Assembly: GCA_008690995.1 (NCBI GenBank)
Contig: VRMN01000010.1
Location: forward strand, 744,001 to 768,875
Length of the DNA stretch: 24,875 bases
Direction of reading: 5' to 3'
From: Porphyridium purpureum
Taxonomy: Eukaryota
Positions 8,205 to 18,167 of this stretch are shown one piece after another (the first letter of the stretch is position 1; each line of letters opens with the position of its first letter). The notes beneath the pieces are model-generated. The model was not told where the DNA came from, ran no database searches, and worked only from the letters and a program-made list of their open reading frames with translations. The translations under genes were made by a program, and so were the position numbers.

Positions 8205-9653
8205 CTATCTCAAGTTACGTGCTCTGTTCCTCAATGATCGCAGACGAAACGCTTCATTGATGTCAACGAACTTGAGTCCACGCTCCACAGCTATTTGCTC
8301 AGCGCTTCTCACACTAGCAAGTGCTTTAAAAAGAGCACCGATAGCATACATCATGTTCGTCGATCCCACAATACGAACGCCTGCGTCTTTGATTCCAATT
8401 ATGTCCAGAGCAACGATGAATTGACGGCACGCGCGAATCCCTCTTCCTTCTCCAAGTGGCCAAAGTTTCACTAGGCTCGCCATGTTCTTTGCCTTCGTGC
8501 TGTGGTGAATGGTTCTATTTTCATACAAGTCCAGGGAAAGCAGATTTTTGCGCGCCTTGCGTGCAGCATTCTCAATTGCTCCCTTGAGCTCTGTTCCTCG
8601 TCCAGTCGCAAAGCCCCCCACACCTTTGCCATTCCCAATCACAACAATTGCGCGATAGGTGTAAATCGAGCCTCCCTTGACCACCTTTGAGGTGATGGTG
8701 CTTCCAATCAAGGCACTCGAAAAACCTCTCAAGACGTTTGCAACCTTCGACGATCGTTCTCTTTCTTCCTCACCGACAATGTCAGCCTCGCGACGAAGTT
8801 TGAGCTCCTCTTCCGCAATTTCCGGAATGCTTCCGTCCGGATTCGGTAACCGACCCTCGCAGAACTCAGCATCCTCTTTCTTTTTTGTTGCCATCAGTAT
8901 TCCCTTCTTATCGACTGGAAAGATTTCACCATCCGTGCGCGTATCATCTGGTTGACCCATCTGCATGATTGCGAGATTCTCTTGCATCGTATCTTTGTGA
9001 TCGAAAAGCTCAAACACTTCAGTGTGACTCATCGCGTCGCGGTTCACTTCCAGTTTGTCAAATGCAAACAGATCATGCTCTATCCTCAAAAGGTCTGTCT
9101 TCACCAACCCCAAGCGGTCAAGAATTCGTTCGAGAAACCGTTCCGCTTCGTCAGTCTGGAGCGTGAAGCGTACTTCTTCCTCTGCTTCAAATGCAATATC
9201 GTGCTGAAACTTGCCCGGCGATTTCCGTCGACGTTCTGACCACTGAGCCTCGGTCAGATCTGGATCGCTCTCCTCAGCATAGATTTCATCAAGTCGCGAA
9301 ATGGCTGCACGGTTGAAAACGATGAGGCGCGCGAGCTGGGCAAGGTCTCGCCCAATACGTAAATCTGCTGGCTTTGGGAGAGTTGCCGGCTGAACTCGCA
9401 CTGTAGGTGTGTCTAATGATGGAGGCATACCGAGCACGCTGCCTTCCCCGAGCGTCACAGGCGAGTTAGCTGCTCCGGCATCGTCTGCCCGAGCAGGGGA
9501 TGCATGAAGCGTGCGCACGCCGGAAAAAAGTAAGAGCCTGTGCAAAGACACGGCTGGAGCGCTACGCAAAAGAAGCGAACGGCCATGCGTCGAAACGCGC
9601 GCGGCGCTCGTGACGGAACGACGAAGCGCTTCCACAAGGCGTGAGGCCTGCAT
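8205..9653 (-). CDS. MRPS5: Ribosomal protein S5, probably mitochondrial (uS5m), ~482 aa
   Basis: C-terminal S5 domains (SKVVKGG..YRAIVVIGNGKGVGGFATG..A..KARKNL; LWPLGEGRGIRA; GIKDA..GSTN..A.FKAL). First in-frame ATG is at 9653 (MQASRLVEALRRS...RTLHAS), an Arg/Ser-rich presequence-like start with a long N-terminal extension. Confidence 0.85.
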   Translation of the reverse strand: MQASRLVEALRRSVTSAARVSTHGRSLLLRSAPAVSLHRLLLFSGVRTLHASPARADDAGAANSPVTLGEGSVLGMPPSLDTPTVRVQPATLPKPADLRIGRDLAQLARLIVFNRAAISRLDEIYAEESDPDLTEAQWSERRRKSPGKFQHDIAFEAEEEVRFTLQTDEAERFLERILDRLGLVKTDLLRIEHDLFAFDKLEVNRDAMSHTEVFELFDHKDTMQENLAIMQMGQPDDTRTDGEIFPVDKKGILMATKKKEDAEFCEGRLPNPDGSIPEIAEEELKLRREADIVGEEERERSSKVANVLRGFSSALIGSTITSKVVKGGSIYTYRAIVVIGNGKGVGGFATGRGTELKGAIENAARKARKNLLSLDLYENRTIHHSTKAKNMASLVKLWPLGEGRGIRACRQFIVALDIIGIKDAGVRIVGSTNMMYAIGALFKALASVRSAEQIAVERGLKFVDINEAFRLRSLRNRARNLR

Positions 9654-9872
9654 CGCTGCGCAGCCGGTGAAGAACCGTCGATGTTTCTGATTGAGCGCGC
9701 CACCACAATACGTCCCTGACCAAAGGAGCCCGTGCGCGCGGTTAGGGTGCGAGCGGCGCGAGAGAGCTGGCGTCACGCGCTGAGCCTGCGATCGTCCCGT
9801 GCACCTCCCAAGCACTTGCGCCACAGCGTTCTCCGCGGGGCGCATCGGGACAACCCTCGCGCGCGCGGATCC

Positions 9873-9919
9873 ACTGTACCGCGGACGCGGCTTCGAGCGT
9901 ACTGTACCTCTTACTGTAC
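9873..9919 (-). promoter_or_regulatory. Three GTACAGT motifs upstream of the S5 gene (candidate core-promoter element)
   Basis: ACTGTAC on + at 9873, 9901 and 9913; the same motif and orientation recur upstream of other genes. Confidence 0.45.
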
Positions 9920-10091
9920 TTTCGCACCTTTCAGTTTGCACCGCGCGGGCCGCTTCAGAAGCTCCTCTGCCCGCGCAGGAAGCCGATTGCCGGTCAGATC
10001 ATTTCGGGCGTCCGTAAACCCGTCCCAGCAAGTCCCTTGACCCACTTTCCTTGCCGCAAGGAGGCACGATGCTATGTCTTTCACGTCAGCA

Positions 10092-12260
10092 CTAGCTATT
10101 CGCCGGCGTCGGTGTCAGACGCCGTACGGCCTCCGCCAGCATCGGTTCCACGCCCGCGTGTTGCGGCCGCGCCTCAGAACGGATGTCGGACAGCCAACGC
10201 AAAAAGCGATCAATTTCCTGATTGCTGTACGCACCCTTCACCAACAAGGTTTGGTTCAGCACCGTCTCCAGAAGATAGGAAAGAGTCTGAACGTCGCCGC
10301 CTCGGCACGACGCCTTGAACAGAGCACGCAGAGCACTAGGTCGTGGCATGTCTGCACTTGATAATTGCTCGCGCAGTTCGCGATAGTAGTACAATGCACG
10401 GTCCAGGTCTCCACGGAGACTGTATCCTTCGATAAGCACAGAGTAGGTGAACGCATTTGGCCGCATACCGCGCTTCGGCATCTCGCCTAGCAATTGCTCT
10501 GCCGCCTTCAAGTCACCGGCCCGCACGCATCCATTCAGCGCCGATGTCAAGGTGATCAGATTTGGCTGGATCTGCCGGCTGTCCATCTCTTTTAAAGTAG
10601 CCCATATGTCGTTGATTCGACCTGCGCGCCCCAGAAGATCCACAAACACGGAGTATGTGATCACATCAGGACGAAGGCCAGCAGAGGCCATCTTCTTGAG
10701 AACTTCTTGGGCTCGGTCAATATCCCCAACAGAGCGGCATGCATTCATGAGTGCGTTGAAAGTCCCAACCGATGGTGAGATATTCGGCGACCGAACCATG
10801 TCCACGAAAAGGTCAAATGCATCCTGAACGCGTCTCATTTCGGCGTACATATTGATCATAGTTGTGTAGATTTCCAGGCTCAGTACCTTATCCTGTGACT
10901 TTTGAAGTTCGCGGAATAGAGTGCTTGCGGCTTGGACGTCATTGCAACGCGCATACAAATTCAACAAGGCCACGTGCGTCCGTTCGTCAGGCTCGAATCG
11001 AGCCCTTTTCATTTCGCGAAGGACTCGCTGCGCAACTCGAGGCTCTACTGCTTTCTCACACACAGCGAGCACACAATTGTACGTTATTTGGTCGGGTCTC
11101 AACGAGGGATTGCTCGAGTTTCGCATTTCTTGCAGCGCGCTCATGGCCGCGTCAATGCGCGGCTTCGCTGTTAGCCTGCAGCTACTGATGAACAGATTAT
11201 ACGAGACGCGGTCTGGTTGAACTTCAGGTGCGCGTTTTCGCAAGGTGAACCAGAGAGCTGCGACCTCGTCTGCATTTGACTGCTGCAGGTGCAGATTCAT
11301 CAGTGTGTTGAACGTGACTGTATCTGCACATACACTGAATTCTGTCTCCATTAGCTCGAAGAGTTTTTGACAGTTCTCCAACTGGCAAAAACCTCTCTGG
11401 CCGAGAAGGTGGAGTAAATGGTTATAAGTCTGAACTTTCAAGTACAGTCCCTTTGCGTGCAACTCGCGCAGCGTACTGAGAATCTCTGGCCAAGGGTCAT
11501 CACGGTTCGTCCGTTCCAACGCCGCCAGAGCCAAAACTTTTGCCCGATACATGAGTGGTCCCAGCCGACCATAGGCCGTGTAGGCGAAATCTACGGTTTG
11601 AAGAACGAGCTCATGCTCGCCGCTTGCCGCAAGACATGCGATCAGTTCTGCGGTGGCATCGTGTGTCAGCACGGTCTTCACATTCGTCAAAGTAGGTCCC
11701 AAAACGCTGCGAAACACTTCCAAAGCCTCGCTTAGCGCTCCTGCGTGGCGCAAAGCTCGTGCGACCAGGACAACAGAGCCTACGGAAGCGGTTGGGACCG
11801 GTTCCGAGAGCAGCACAGCCTGCGCTTGGTCAAGCTGGTTGGCGGTGATGAAGCTGTAAACGCGCTCATCGGTTTCATTCTCCGGGGGATACTGCAAGAC
11901 AAAACGTCGTTGCTGTTCTCGAATGAATGCCGCCCGCTTCTGCTCGGCAGAGATGACGAGCCCGTCACGAGCCGCTTGGGTCCTGGCACTGTTCCATGCA
12001 CTTCTTCCGGCCCGGCTCTTAGGGTTGCCGGACGCGTCGGCTGTGGGAGAACTATCCCCTGAAGTTGGACTCTGGGCGTTAGACACGAGCCTGCTTGCAT
12101 TGCCGCCGGCGCCGCCGGCCAGGGACGGTCCGGTCGCCACTGGGCGATGCGCGCGGACGCGTTCACTGGCCGCGATGACTGTGGCGCGCGTGCGCGGCGC
12201 ACAGCGCATCGCGACGGCGAGGTGCTGTGGGCGTAAACGAGCACAAAAGCCTGCGTCCAT
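10092..12260 (-). CDS. Pentatricopeptide repeat (P-type PPR) protein, organelle-targeted, ~722 aa
   Basis: About ten tandem ~35-aa repeats (ADTVTFNTLMN, PDRVSYNLFIS, PDQITYNCVL, PSVGTFNALMNAC, PDVITYSVFVD, PNLITLTSALNGC, PNAFTYSVLIEGY). First in-frame ATG at 12260 (MDAGF..., transit-peptide-like). The listed ORF start at 12401 is non-ATG. Confidence 0.93.
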   Translation of the reverse strand: MDAGFCARLRPQHLAVAMRCAPRTRATVIAASERVRAHRPVATGPSLAGGAGGNASRLVSNAQSPTSGDSSPTADASGNPKSRAGRSAWNSARTQAARDGLVISAEQKRAAFIREQQRRFVLQYPPENETDERVYSFITANQLDQAQAVLLSEPVPTASVGSVVLVARALRHAGALSEALEVFRSVLGPTLTNVKTVLTHDATAELIACLAASGEHELVLQTVDFAYTAYGRLGPLMYRAKVLALAALERTNRDDPWPEILSTLRELHAKGLYLKVQTYNHLLHLLGQRGFCQLENCQKLFELMETEFSVCADTVTFNTLMNLHLQQSNADEVAALWFTLRKRAPEVQPDRVSYNLFISSCRLTAKPRIDAAMSALQEMRNSSNPSLRPDQITYNCVLAVCEKAVEPRVAQRVLREMKRARFEPDERTHVALLNLYARCNDVQAASTLFRELQKSQDKVLSLEIYTTMINMYAEMRRVQDAFDLFVDMVRSPNISPSVGTFNALMNACRSVGDIDRAQEVLKKMASAGLRPDVITYSVFVDLLGRAGRINDIWATLKEMDSRQIQPNLITLTSALNGCVRAGDLKAAEQLLGEMPKRGMRPNAFTYSVLIEGYSLRGDLDRALYYYRELREQLSSADMPRPSALRALFKASCRGGDVQTLSYLLETVLNQTLLVKGAYSNQEIDRFLRWLSDIRSEARPQHAGVEPMLAEAVRRLTPTPANS

Positions 12261-12352
12261 GTCCGCGACGCAGGCTCTGCGCAGCGCAGCCGCACCCGAG
12301 CAGTCGTGCAGCGCGCCACGCGCGTGCGCACCCGCACGACCGGTGCTGAACA

Positions 12353-12383
12353 ACTGTACCGTGGCCACGGCAGTGCACTGTAC
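12353..12383 (-). promoter_or_regulatory. Two GTACAGT motifs upstream of the PPR gene
   Basis: ACTGTAC on + at 12353 and 12377, about 95-120 bp upstream of ATG 12260. Confidence 0.45.
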
Positions 12384-12737
12384 TGCGTGTCGGAGCCGCA
12401 CGTGCTCAAGCGAGCAGGCGCGCTCGACGCGCCATAGCTGAGCGACTGGTTGGAGCGTCGCGCGGCGCCGTACGTGCTCGAGCTGACTTCGGGCGCGCGG
12501 TAATGCGAATGACTGCGGAGCCAGAGGTCTTCCTCGTGTGAAGCAGGAGGGGCTTCGACCGTGCGCACAGGGGTTTGCAGTGCGCGCGTACTTGCAGCAG
12601 CCGCGAGGTCGCTCGGGTCACCCTGCTTTTTCGTTCTGCGAGCCAAGAAATCAGCGTGCACAGGCAGCCCGGAGTGGTGTGGTCAATTGCGTCGAGGGCT
12701 TTTCTCGGTGGAGCTCAAGTGGGAGGCTCCGCTCGGG

Positions 12738-13901
12738 ATGGCGCAGCAAAGCCCGCAAACGCGCGGCGGTATGTCTGGTTGCATGCCGCGACTCAAAGAG
12801 CTCATCGGCGACCTGCGGTACGCGGACTACTCGTTTCGGAAATGGATGTTGCAAAATGCTCAGCTCATGAGCTTGCTCGAGGACGTCACTCGCGCGTTGG
12901 CAGTAGTAATGCCTGGCAAACTCTCCGAGCTTACTGCTGAAAGCTGTCATTTTCTTATGGCACTTTTACACCTCTATCGCGATGCTCCGGTGATTCACAA
13001 ACAGCGTCATGCGTTTCCGCTGCATGCGGTTGTGCTTGGTGCGCTCCATATTCTCAAAAGCGCGCAATTGCTCATCGAGATGCTAACTCGTCGAATTTAC
13101 CGAAAGCAAGACAGGAACCGTATTCTCATTGTCCTCGTCATTGTTGAATTACTCAAGCTGATTTTGCGCTCATCTCTACTCTTCGGATTGCGACGGTGGC
13201 CTTTTCGCGCTCAGCAGCTGCTGACGGTGTCCGATGAAAGCTTTGAACCGGATTCAGGATCGAGTGCCCCAGCAGCATCGAGGTCTGGTCTGTGCCGCTG
13301 CAGAATCCATTCGAGTCACATCCGCACGGGCCGTTTATCAGGCAAGCGATTTCTTACTCTCGAGGCCGCGGGTTTGAAGGATGGTTTTGCTGAGGTGGGA
13401 TCGAACAGTCAAGGCGAATATCAAGGACGGAACCAGCCAGAAGATACAAATGCATCTTCTAGCCCTTGCAATGAGTGTCTTGGTCACATGCACGATGACG
13501 GTTTTGGCGGACGCAATCACGAAGTTGTGGTCTCGGACCGGTCACTGCCGTGGAATGGCTTGATTGGAGAACTTTGCCATGTGTCTCGCCCGTCGGTAGA
13601 ACTATTGCTGATGATGAAATTTGGTCCAATGTCTTGGATTCCATGGCTCGTCGCCCTCGGAATTGATGTATCCGGGATCAGCTTGGTGCCAAGCGAGTCA
13701 GATGCCGATCGCGCGGAGAAGCTGCGGCGCAAACTTGCACTTGTCTACTTTCTCGCACGAAATCCCGTTTACAGCAGAGTCATTCGTCGCCATGTGCTAG
13801 GTCGCCTGACCAAGCTGCCTCTGGCTGGTGGTTTGATCAGTGGTGGTGTCGAAGTGCTGGATGCGATTCAAGCCTACTGGTTTTATGTTAGTGCGTCCTA
13901 A
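12738..13901 (+). CDS. PEX16: Peroxisomal membrane biogenesis protein PEX16
   Basis: Pex16-like motifs LIEM...VELLKLILR, GRLSG, GELCHVSRP, SWIPWLVALGID, RRKLALVYFLARNPVY and C-terminal YWFYVSAS. Start could also be ATG 12771 or 12784. Confidence 0.85.
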   Translation: MAQQSPQTRGGMSGCMPRLKELIGDLRYADYSFRKWMLQNAQLMSLLEDVTRALAVVMPGKLSELTAESCHFLMALLHLYRDAPVIHKQRHAFPLHAVVLGALHILKSAQLLIEMLTRRIYRKQDRNRILIVLVIVELLKLILRSSLLFGLRRWPFRAQQLLTVSDESFEPDSGSSAPAASRSGLCRCRIHSSHIRTGRLSGKRFLTLEAAGLKDGFAEVGSNSQGEYQGRNQPEDTNASSSPCNECLGHMHDDGFGGRNHEVVVSDRSLPWNGLIGELCHVSRPSVELLLMMKFGPMSWIPWLVALGIDVSGISLVPSESDADRAEKLRRKLALVYFLARNPVYSRVIRRHVLGRLTKLPLAGGLISGGVEVLDAIQAYWFYVSAS

Positions 13902-13962
13902 AAGGGCGATTCACAACGAGTTCAAGGCAGGACAGATCAGTGGGTTTAGCCTCACAAAAAAA

Positions 13963-15099
13963 TCAGTGGGAAGACAGGGAGCTTTCTGCGGTTTCCGCGG
14001 CACCTTTCGGTGTGCAGGTACCAGTACTACCTGATCCCATCCGACGTCTCTTGGTGTGGACCGTCCCCGCCGCAGAACCGGTCTTAGTGCCGTTGCTGCC
14101 GTTTCCTTCGGTGGCTTGTTTTGCTTTGCTTGCAAATGAGGGCCATTCACGCTGAAATCGATGCTTCAAATCACGGAATCGCGGGTCTGTGCTGTGCTCG
14201 GCAAACTCATTCTTGAATTCCAGCAAAACCTCATCCGTTTCAAAGAGAGAGCACCGAAGGTGGCTCGGAAATCTGGACGGTCGCCGGAGCCACCGAACAA
14301 ATACTTGCTCGACAAACTGCTCCCAGCGATCCGTGCCTGACTGCGGTGATTTGGTTTTCACGTTCTGGTCAACAAGCCAGCTTTCGCTGAAGCTCGCGAA
14401 TGAACGATGCGGAGGCACTGATGAAGTGCAAGAACAGTCCTGTCCGGGCGAACAGAGCACGCACCGCAGAATTTCTTCCGTGTTCCAGCGCCAGAACGCG
14501 TCTTCAACTCGTAATCGCTCTGAATAGTTCTCAACTGCGACGGCCGCTGTCGGCGGAGCCGCCAGCACCGCCGGCCGCGAGCTCGTCCCGCCGGCTTTGA
14601 GTGCACTTATTCCAGACGGGGGCACTGGCGTATTCAAAAGCTCGAAGCACAAGGTCTCCGTAAACTCTCGACCCACGGTGCCATGTTCCAAAAGCACGTG
14701 AAGTTGCAGCACGACCACATTTCCCGGAAAGGCGTAGCTTTCGACCCAGCCCCACGCGCCGCCAGGAAGAGGTTCTGTGCGGGCAGCAAAACGCGAGCCC
14801 ATGAGACGTTGCTGATGAAAGTCGGGCGGTGCAAGCAGGCGCTTTCTGTTGGATGACCGCGGCGCGGCCAAGTGAAAGAGCACGCCTGCGATGTAGTTCT
14901 CGCTGCGCGCGTGCGCCGGGACGAACATAGCGACCTGCTCCGCGGCGACGCTGGACCTATGCAAGAAGATGGCGTTCTTTTCGCGACACACGAGACCGCT
15001 CCGCAGCGCCGGCACCGGTGAGTGCGCATCTGTCACGAGCCAGCGCAGAACGTCGTCCTGCCGCAGCACGTCCTCGTGCAACGCTCGAATGTGGTCCAT
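13963..15099 (-). CDS. Hypothetical protein (~378 aa) with a CxxC-x5-CxC motif
   Basis: Long ORF with globular-looking composition from MDHIRALHED (ATG 15099); motif RCVLCSPGQDCSC. The upstream ATG at 15444 would overlap the DCC1 start, so it is less likely. Confidence 0.65.
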   Translation of the reverse strand: MDHIRALHEDVLRQDDVLRWLVTDAHSPVPALRSGLVCREKNAIFLHRSSVAAEQVAMFVPAHARSENYIAGVLFHLAAPRSSNRKRLLAPPDFHQQRLMGSRFAARTEPLPGGAWGWVESYAFPGNVVVLQLHVLLEHGTVGREFTETLCFELLNTPVPPSGISALKAGGTSSRPAVLAAPPTAAVAVENYSERLRVEDAFWRWNTEEILRCVLCSPGQDCSCTSSVPPHRSFASFSESWLVDQNVKTKSPQSGTDRWEQFVEQVFVRWLRRPSRFPSHLRCSLFETDEVLLEFKNEFAEHSTDPRFRDLKHRFQREWPSFASKAKQATEGNGSNGTKTGSAAGTVHTKRRRMGSGSTGTCTPKGAAETAESSLSSH

Positions 15100-15280
15100 A
15101 GTCACCCGGCCGCACGCGCCGCGCAGTGAACCACAACAGGCGAGGACGAGAGGCGCCGCAGTTGCCGGCGTCCGCGCGCGGTTTAGCACCTTTGCCCGCG
15201 GCAGGAGGTTGGCGTTGCAGCGAACGCTGGTTTGCGGCGCCGCACGTGCCGAGCGCCCTCGACCAGAGGTCAATTTACTC

Positions 15281-15304
15281 GTACAGCGCGCGCACTCACT
15301 GTAC
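15281..15304. promoter_or_regulatory. Oppositely oriented GTACAG motifs in the bidirectional promoter of DCC1 and the hypothetical gene
   Basis: GTACAG on + at 15281 and GTACAGT on - at 15298..15304. Confidence 0.4.
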
Positions 15305-15422
15305 CTTCTGGGCGTTCTGGCCGCCCGCGTTTTGGCGCGAAGCGAACAGAGGAGGGCGGCGCGTGGGAGCGCAACGCTAGAACGGTCGCGATGCAAGGGC
15401 GGAAGACAGAGGATCTCGCTGG

Positions 15423-16664
15423 ATGACGACGCACGCGCACGCATTGCCCGGAGGCAGTGCTACGAGCGCCTCTGTGGTGCCCGACAACGACGCATGGGTG
15501 CATGAGGCGCTGCGCGGCCAATTCCGCGGCTGGTCATGTTCGCGCGTGCATTTTGCATACCCGCTGGACACGCGCCGCTCGTATCTTGTCGAGCTTCCGC
15601 AGCATGTGCTCAGCGCCCTCGAAGAACGAGAGGAAATTCAGTTCAAAGGCGCGCAGGCAAGCACGGGTGCGGTGCTTTGCACGCACGAGCGGACATATGC
15701 GCTGCAATTTCGGGAGAACTCGAACGCACTGTTTCTCCTGGACCAGTCTGCGTCTGCTTCGTTGGAGAACGGAGCGAGAGAACCTCCTGCTCTGTCGCTG
15801 CCCATTCGTATGGCCATGCATGGCTCCGTCGAGCTCACCCACACCGCCCCCCATGTGCGACCGTTGCGCGACCTATTGGCGCCTCACATTCTGAAAAGTG
15901 GCGATGGCCTGCGTCAACCATCAAATGAGTCGTCTTCTTCATCTGCAGATGGACTGGGAATAGAATGGTCCATCATCGAAGAGCAAGTGCTGGCGAGCGC
16001 TGCTGAGATTCGATCAACTTTGAAAGAACTATGCGCTGTCGAGCGGAACTCTGGGGTTTGGATACGTCTGGACCCCGACCTGGTGCTCGAGACGCTTTCC
16101 TTGCTCTTTGACACAATTATTCTGCAGCAGTGGTGCTCTGCTGCCTTCCCACGTGACGAGCTTGAATCAGAAATGGCGAAGGACTGTGCGCACGAACTTG
16201 TGCGCGCTGTCGTAGGTCTGTTCTGCACCCCGAGTGAGCGGCATACAGGCTGGGAGCAGTGGGACAGAGATCGTTTGCTTCGATTTTCAGGAGAACATTT
16301 ACTGGAGCAGCGGTGCAGCACTAGTCCTGACGAGGAGCTTGACTTTATGTCAGCTTGGGGAAAGCTCCTGCCGGACGACGTGAAACCAGAGCTCGGTACA
16401 CTGAGGGGCTTGTTTGTGATGGATCGAACCAGGCTGAAGTATACCCCGTACTGGCGACTCTCCATGGAGCCTGCGATGCGCTTTTCGCAGCTCTTTGCGC
16501 TGCAGTCCTCGTGGTCACGCTCGGAAATTGAGCCATTCTTGAAAGATCTGTGCGGTGAGAACGAAGGACATTTGGATCAAATGCTGCGACGCCATGCAAA
16601 ACTCGTCCATGGTCTGGGCGGCCAGAACTACGTAGCACGCGCACCCGTAATTCCTTCTAGATGA
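15423..16664 (+). CDS. DCC1: Sister chromatid cohesion protein DCC1 (Ctf18-RFC subunit)
   Basis: YLVELP..L..IQFKG...AVLCTHERTYAL...ENSNALFL, VLASAAEI..L, and C-terminal RFSQLF...W...EIEPFLKDL are Dcc1 signatures. Confidence 0.9.
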   Translation: MTTHAHALPGGSATSASVVPDNDAWVHEALRGQFRGWSCSRVHFAYPLDTRRSYLVELPQHVLSALEEREEIQFKGAQASTGAVLCTHERTYALQFRENSNALFLLDQSASASLENGAREPPALSLPIRMAMHGSVELTHTAPHVRPLRDLLAPHILKSGDGLRQPSNESSSSSADGLGIEWSIIEEQVLASAAEIRSTLKELCAVERNSGVWIRLDPDLVLETLSLLFDTIILQQWCSAAFPRDELESEMAKDCAHELVRAVVGLFCTPSERHTGWEQWDRDRLLRFSGEHLLEQRCSTSPDEELDFMSAWGKLLPDDVKPELGTLRGLFVMDRTRLKYTPYWRLSMEPAMRFSQLFALQSSWSRSEIEPFLKDLCGENEGHLDQMLRRHAKLVHGLGGQNYVARAPVIPSR

Positions 16665-18167
16665 TATTTCTTTGGAAATGAAGAGCGCCTGCTCGGGGAG
16701 GCGGTGTCGTTCCATGCCATTTGCCGGAGAGAAAAATAAACCTGTGTATGCCTGAGTGAGCGCTACGTCTGCCCGCCTCGCGAACCCCGCAAGAAGAACT
16801 AAAACATAGCCTTCGTGATGAATGCGGATCCGTTGCAGAGCTGCGGCGCGGGTTTGTTCCATGCGAACAGTGTGTGGATGAGGGGCACTGCGTCCACCGC
16901 TTACATGCCGCGCGTGTCAGTGTCGCTCTGATCGTCGCAGCATTTTTGTGCCGGGACACCAGAGGATGGAGCCAGCACGACGTCGCGGCGGCAGCAGCAG
17001 CAGCCACGGGCGCACACGAACGCCCGCGCATCGGGTGCCCGCACGCGCGGTGTAAAGCGTCAGTTTCAAATACATTTGAAAATCCGTGAAATGTTTGTCG
17101 GGCTGTTGCGGGCAGGCGCCGCATCGCACGGGTGGCAGACCTGTTTCAAAATGCACGCGCACCCGCACGCGCTGCTGGGCGTCGGAGGCGCATCGCCGGG
17201 CGCGGCCTTGCAACGGTCGGGGAGTACGCAGCCACATGCTCGTTACGCTCTGCGGGCCACGTGGCTCGGTGCGTAGGCACGCGGCAGGCCGCACGCAGAG
17301 CGTGTTGGGGCTTTCGCACGGCGCGTAGTTGCGCGTCCGGCATGCACGGCTGTGCGGCTGCGTTGCTGAGGAGTGCGCATCACCTGCGCATCGGGTGGGT
17401 GGCACTATTCGAACGTTGAACTCATTTGATCACACACGAATTGTCCGCCAAGTGCGATGAGGTCGGGCCTCTGTGCGGTCAATGAGGTTCGGGCTCCTAC
17501 AAAGGGGGGCGGTCACAGTTGGTCGACCTTCACTCTGCTCCTAGGCGCCCTGGCACAACAAGAAGCCGGCGGGTACGTGAGGTTACCCACGTGCCTGAGG
17601 CCGGGTGTCGCAGCCTTCGAGAAGTAGGAGCTCGCGTGACGGGACAACGTTCAACCTCCAAGACATTGCAGGCGCGTGGCTCAGATTTTCGACGGGCCGG
17701 GTTGTGTGTCCGGTCGTGTCCTGCAGCCAAGGTGCACGGAGATTTCCCAGCGATTCAAATATCCATTCCAAAAGGGAAGGGCTCAGCGTCCCTCGGCGCA
17801 GCGCGCGGAGACACGCTCAATGCAAGTGACGGCCGTGACCAACTGTTGAACATTTTGTCGAAAGTCTCAACCCACCGTTGGACCGGTCTTTGCTTTCCGT
17901 GGTGGATATCAGAGCAGAGATTCCAGCGCGTTGTGGTGAACGCGCCAAAGGTCAGGTGGAAGATTGACTGTCTTTTTACACCGTGGTCAGCAGCAGCGCT
18001 ATATCTTACCCAATTTTGCGGCCAAAGAGGAACGCGCGCCTTGTCCTTGGGACTCGGTAGCTGCTCAGGTTGCGGGAAATCGCACAGGCAGGCAGCGTGG
18101 GGCTCATCAACGATAGCAACATAACAGAACGTGTCACACCGCCTTCTCGTAAGAAATTGACTTTGAA

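Noticed and set aside
9654..9941. N-terminal extensions in the ORF track for S5 (also PPR 12261..12401 and PEX16 12561..12737)
   Set aside because: They start at non-ATG codons and run through GC-rich promoter sequence containing the GTACAG-type motifs or similar non-coding DNA.
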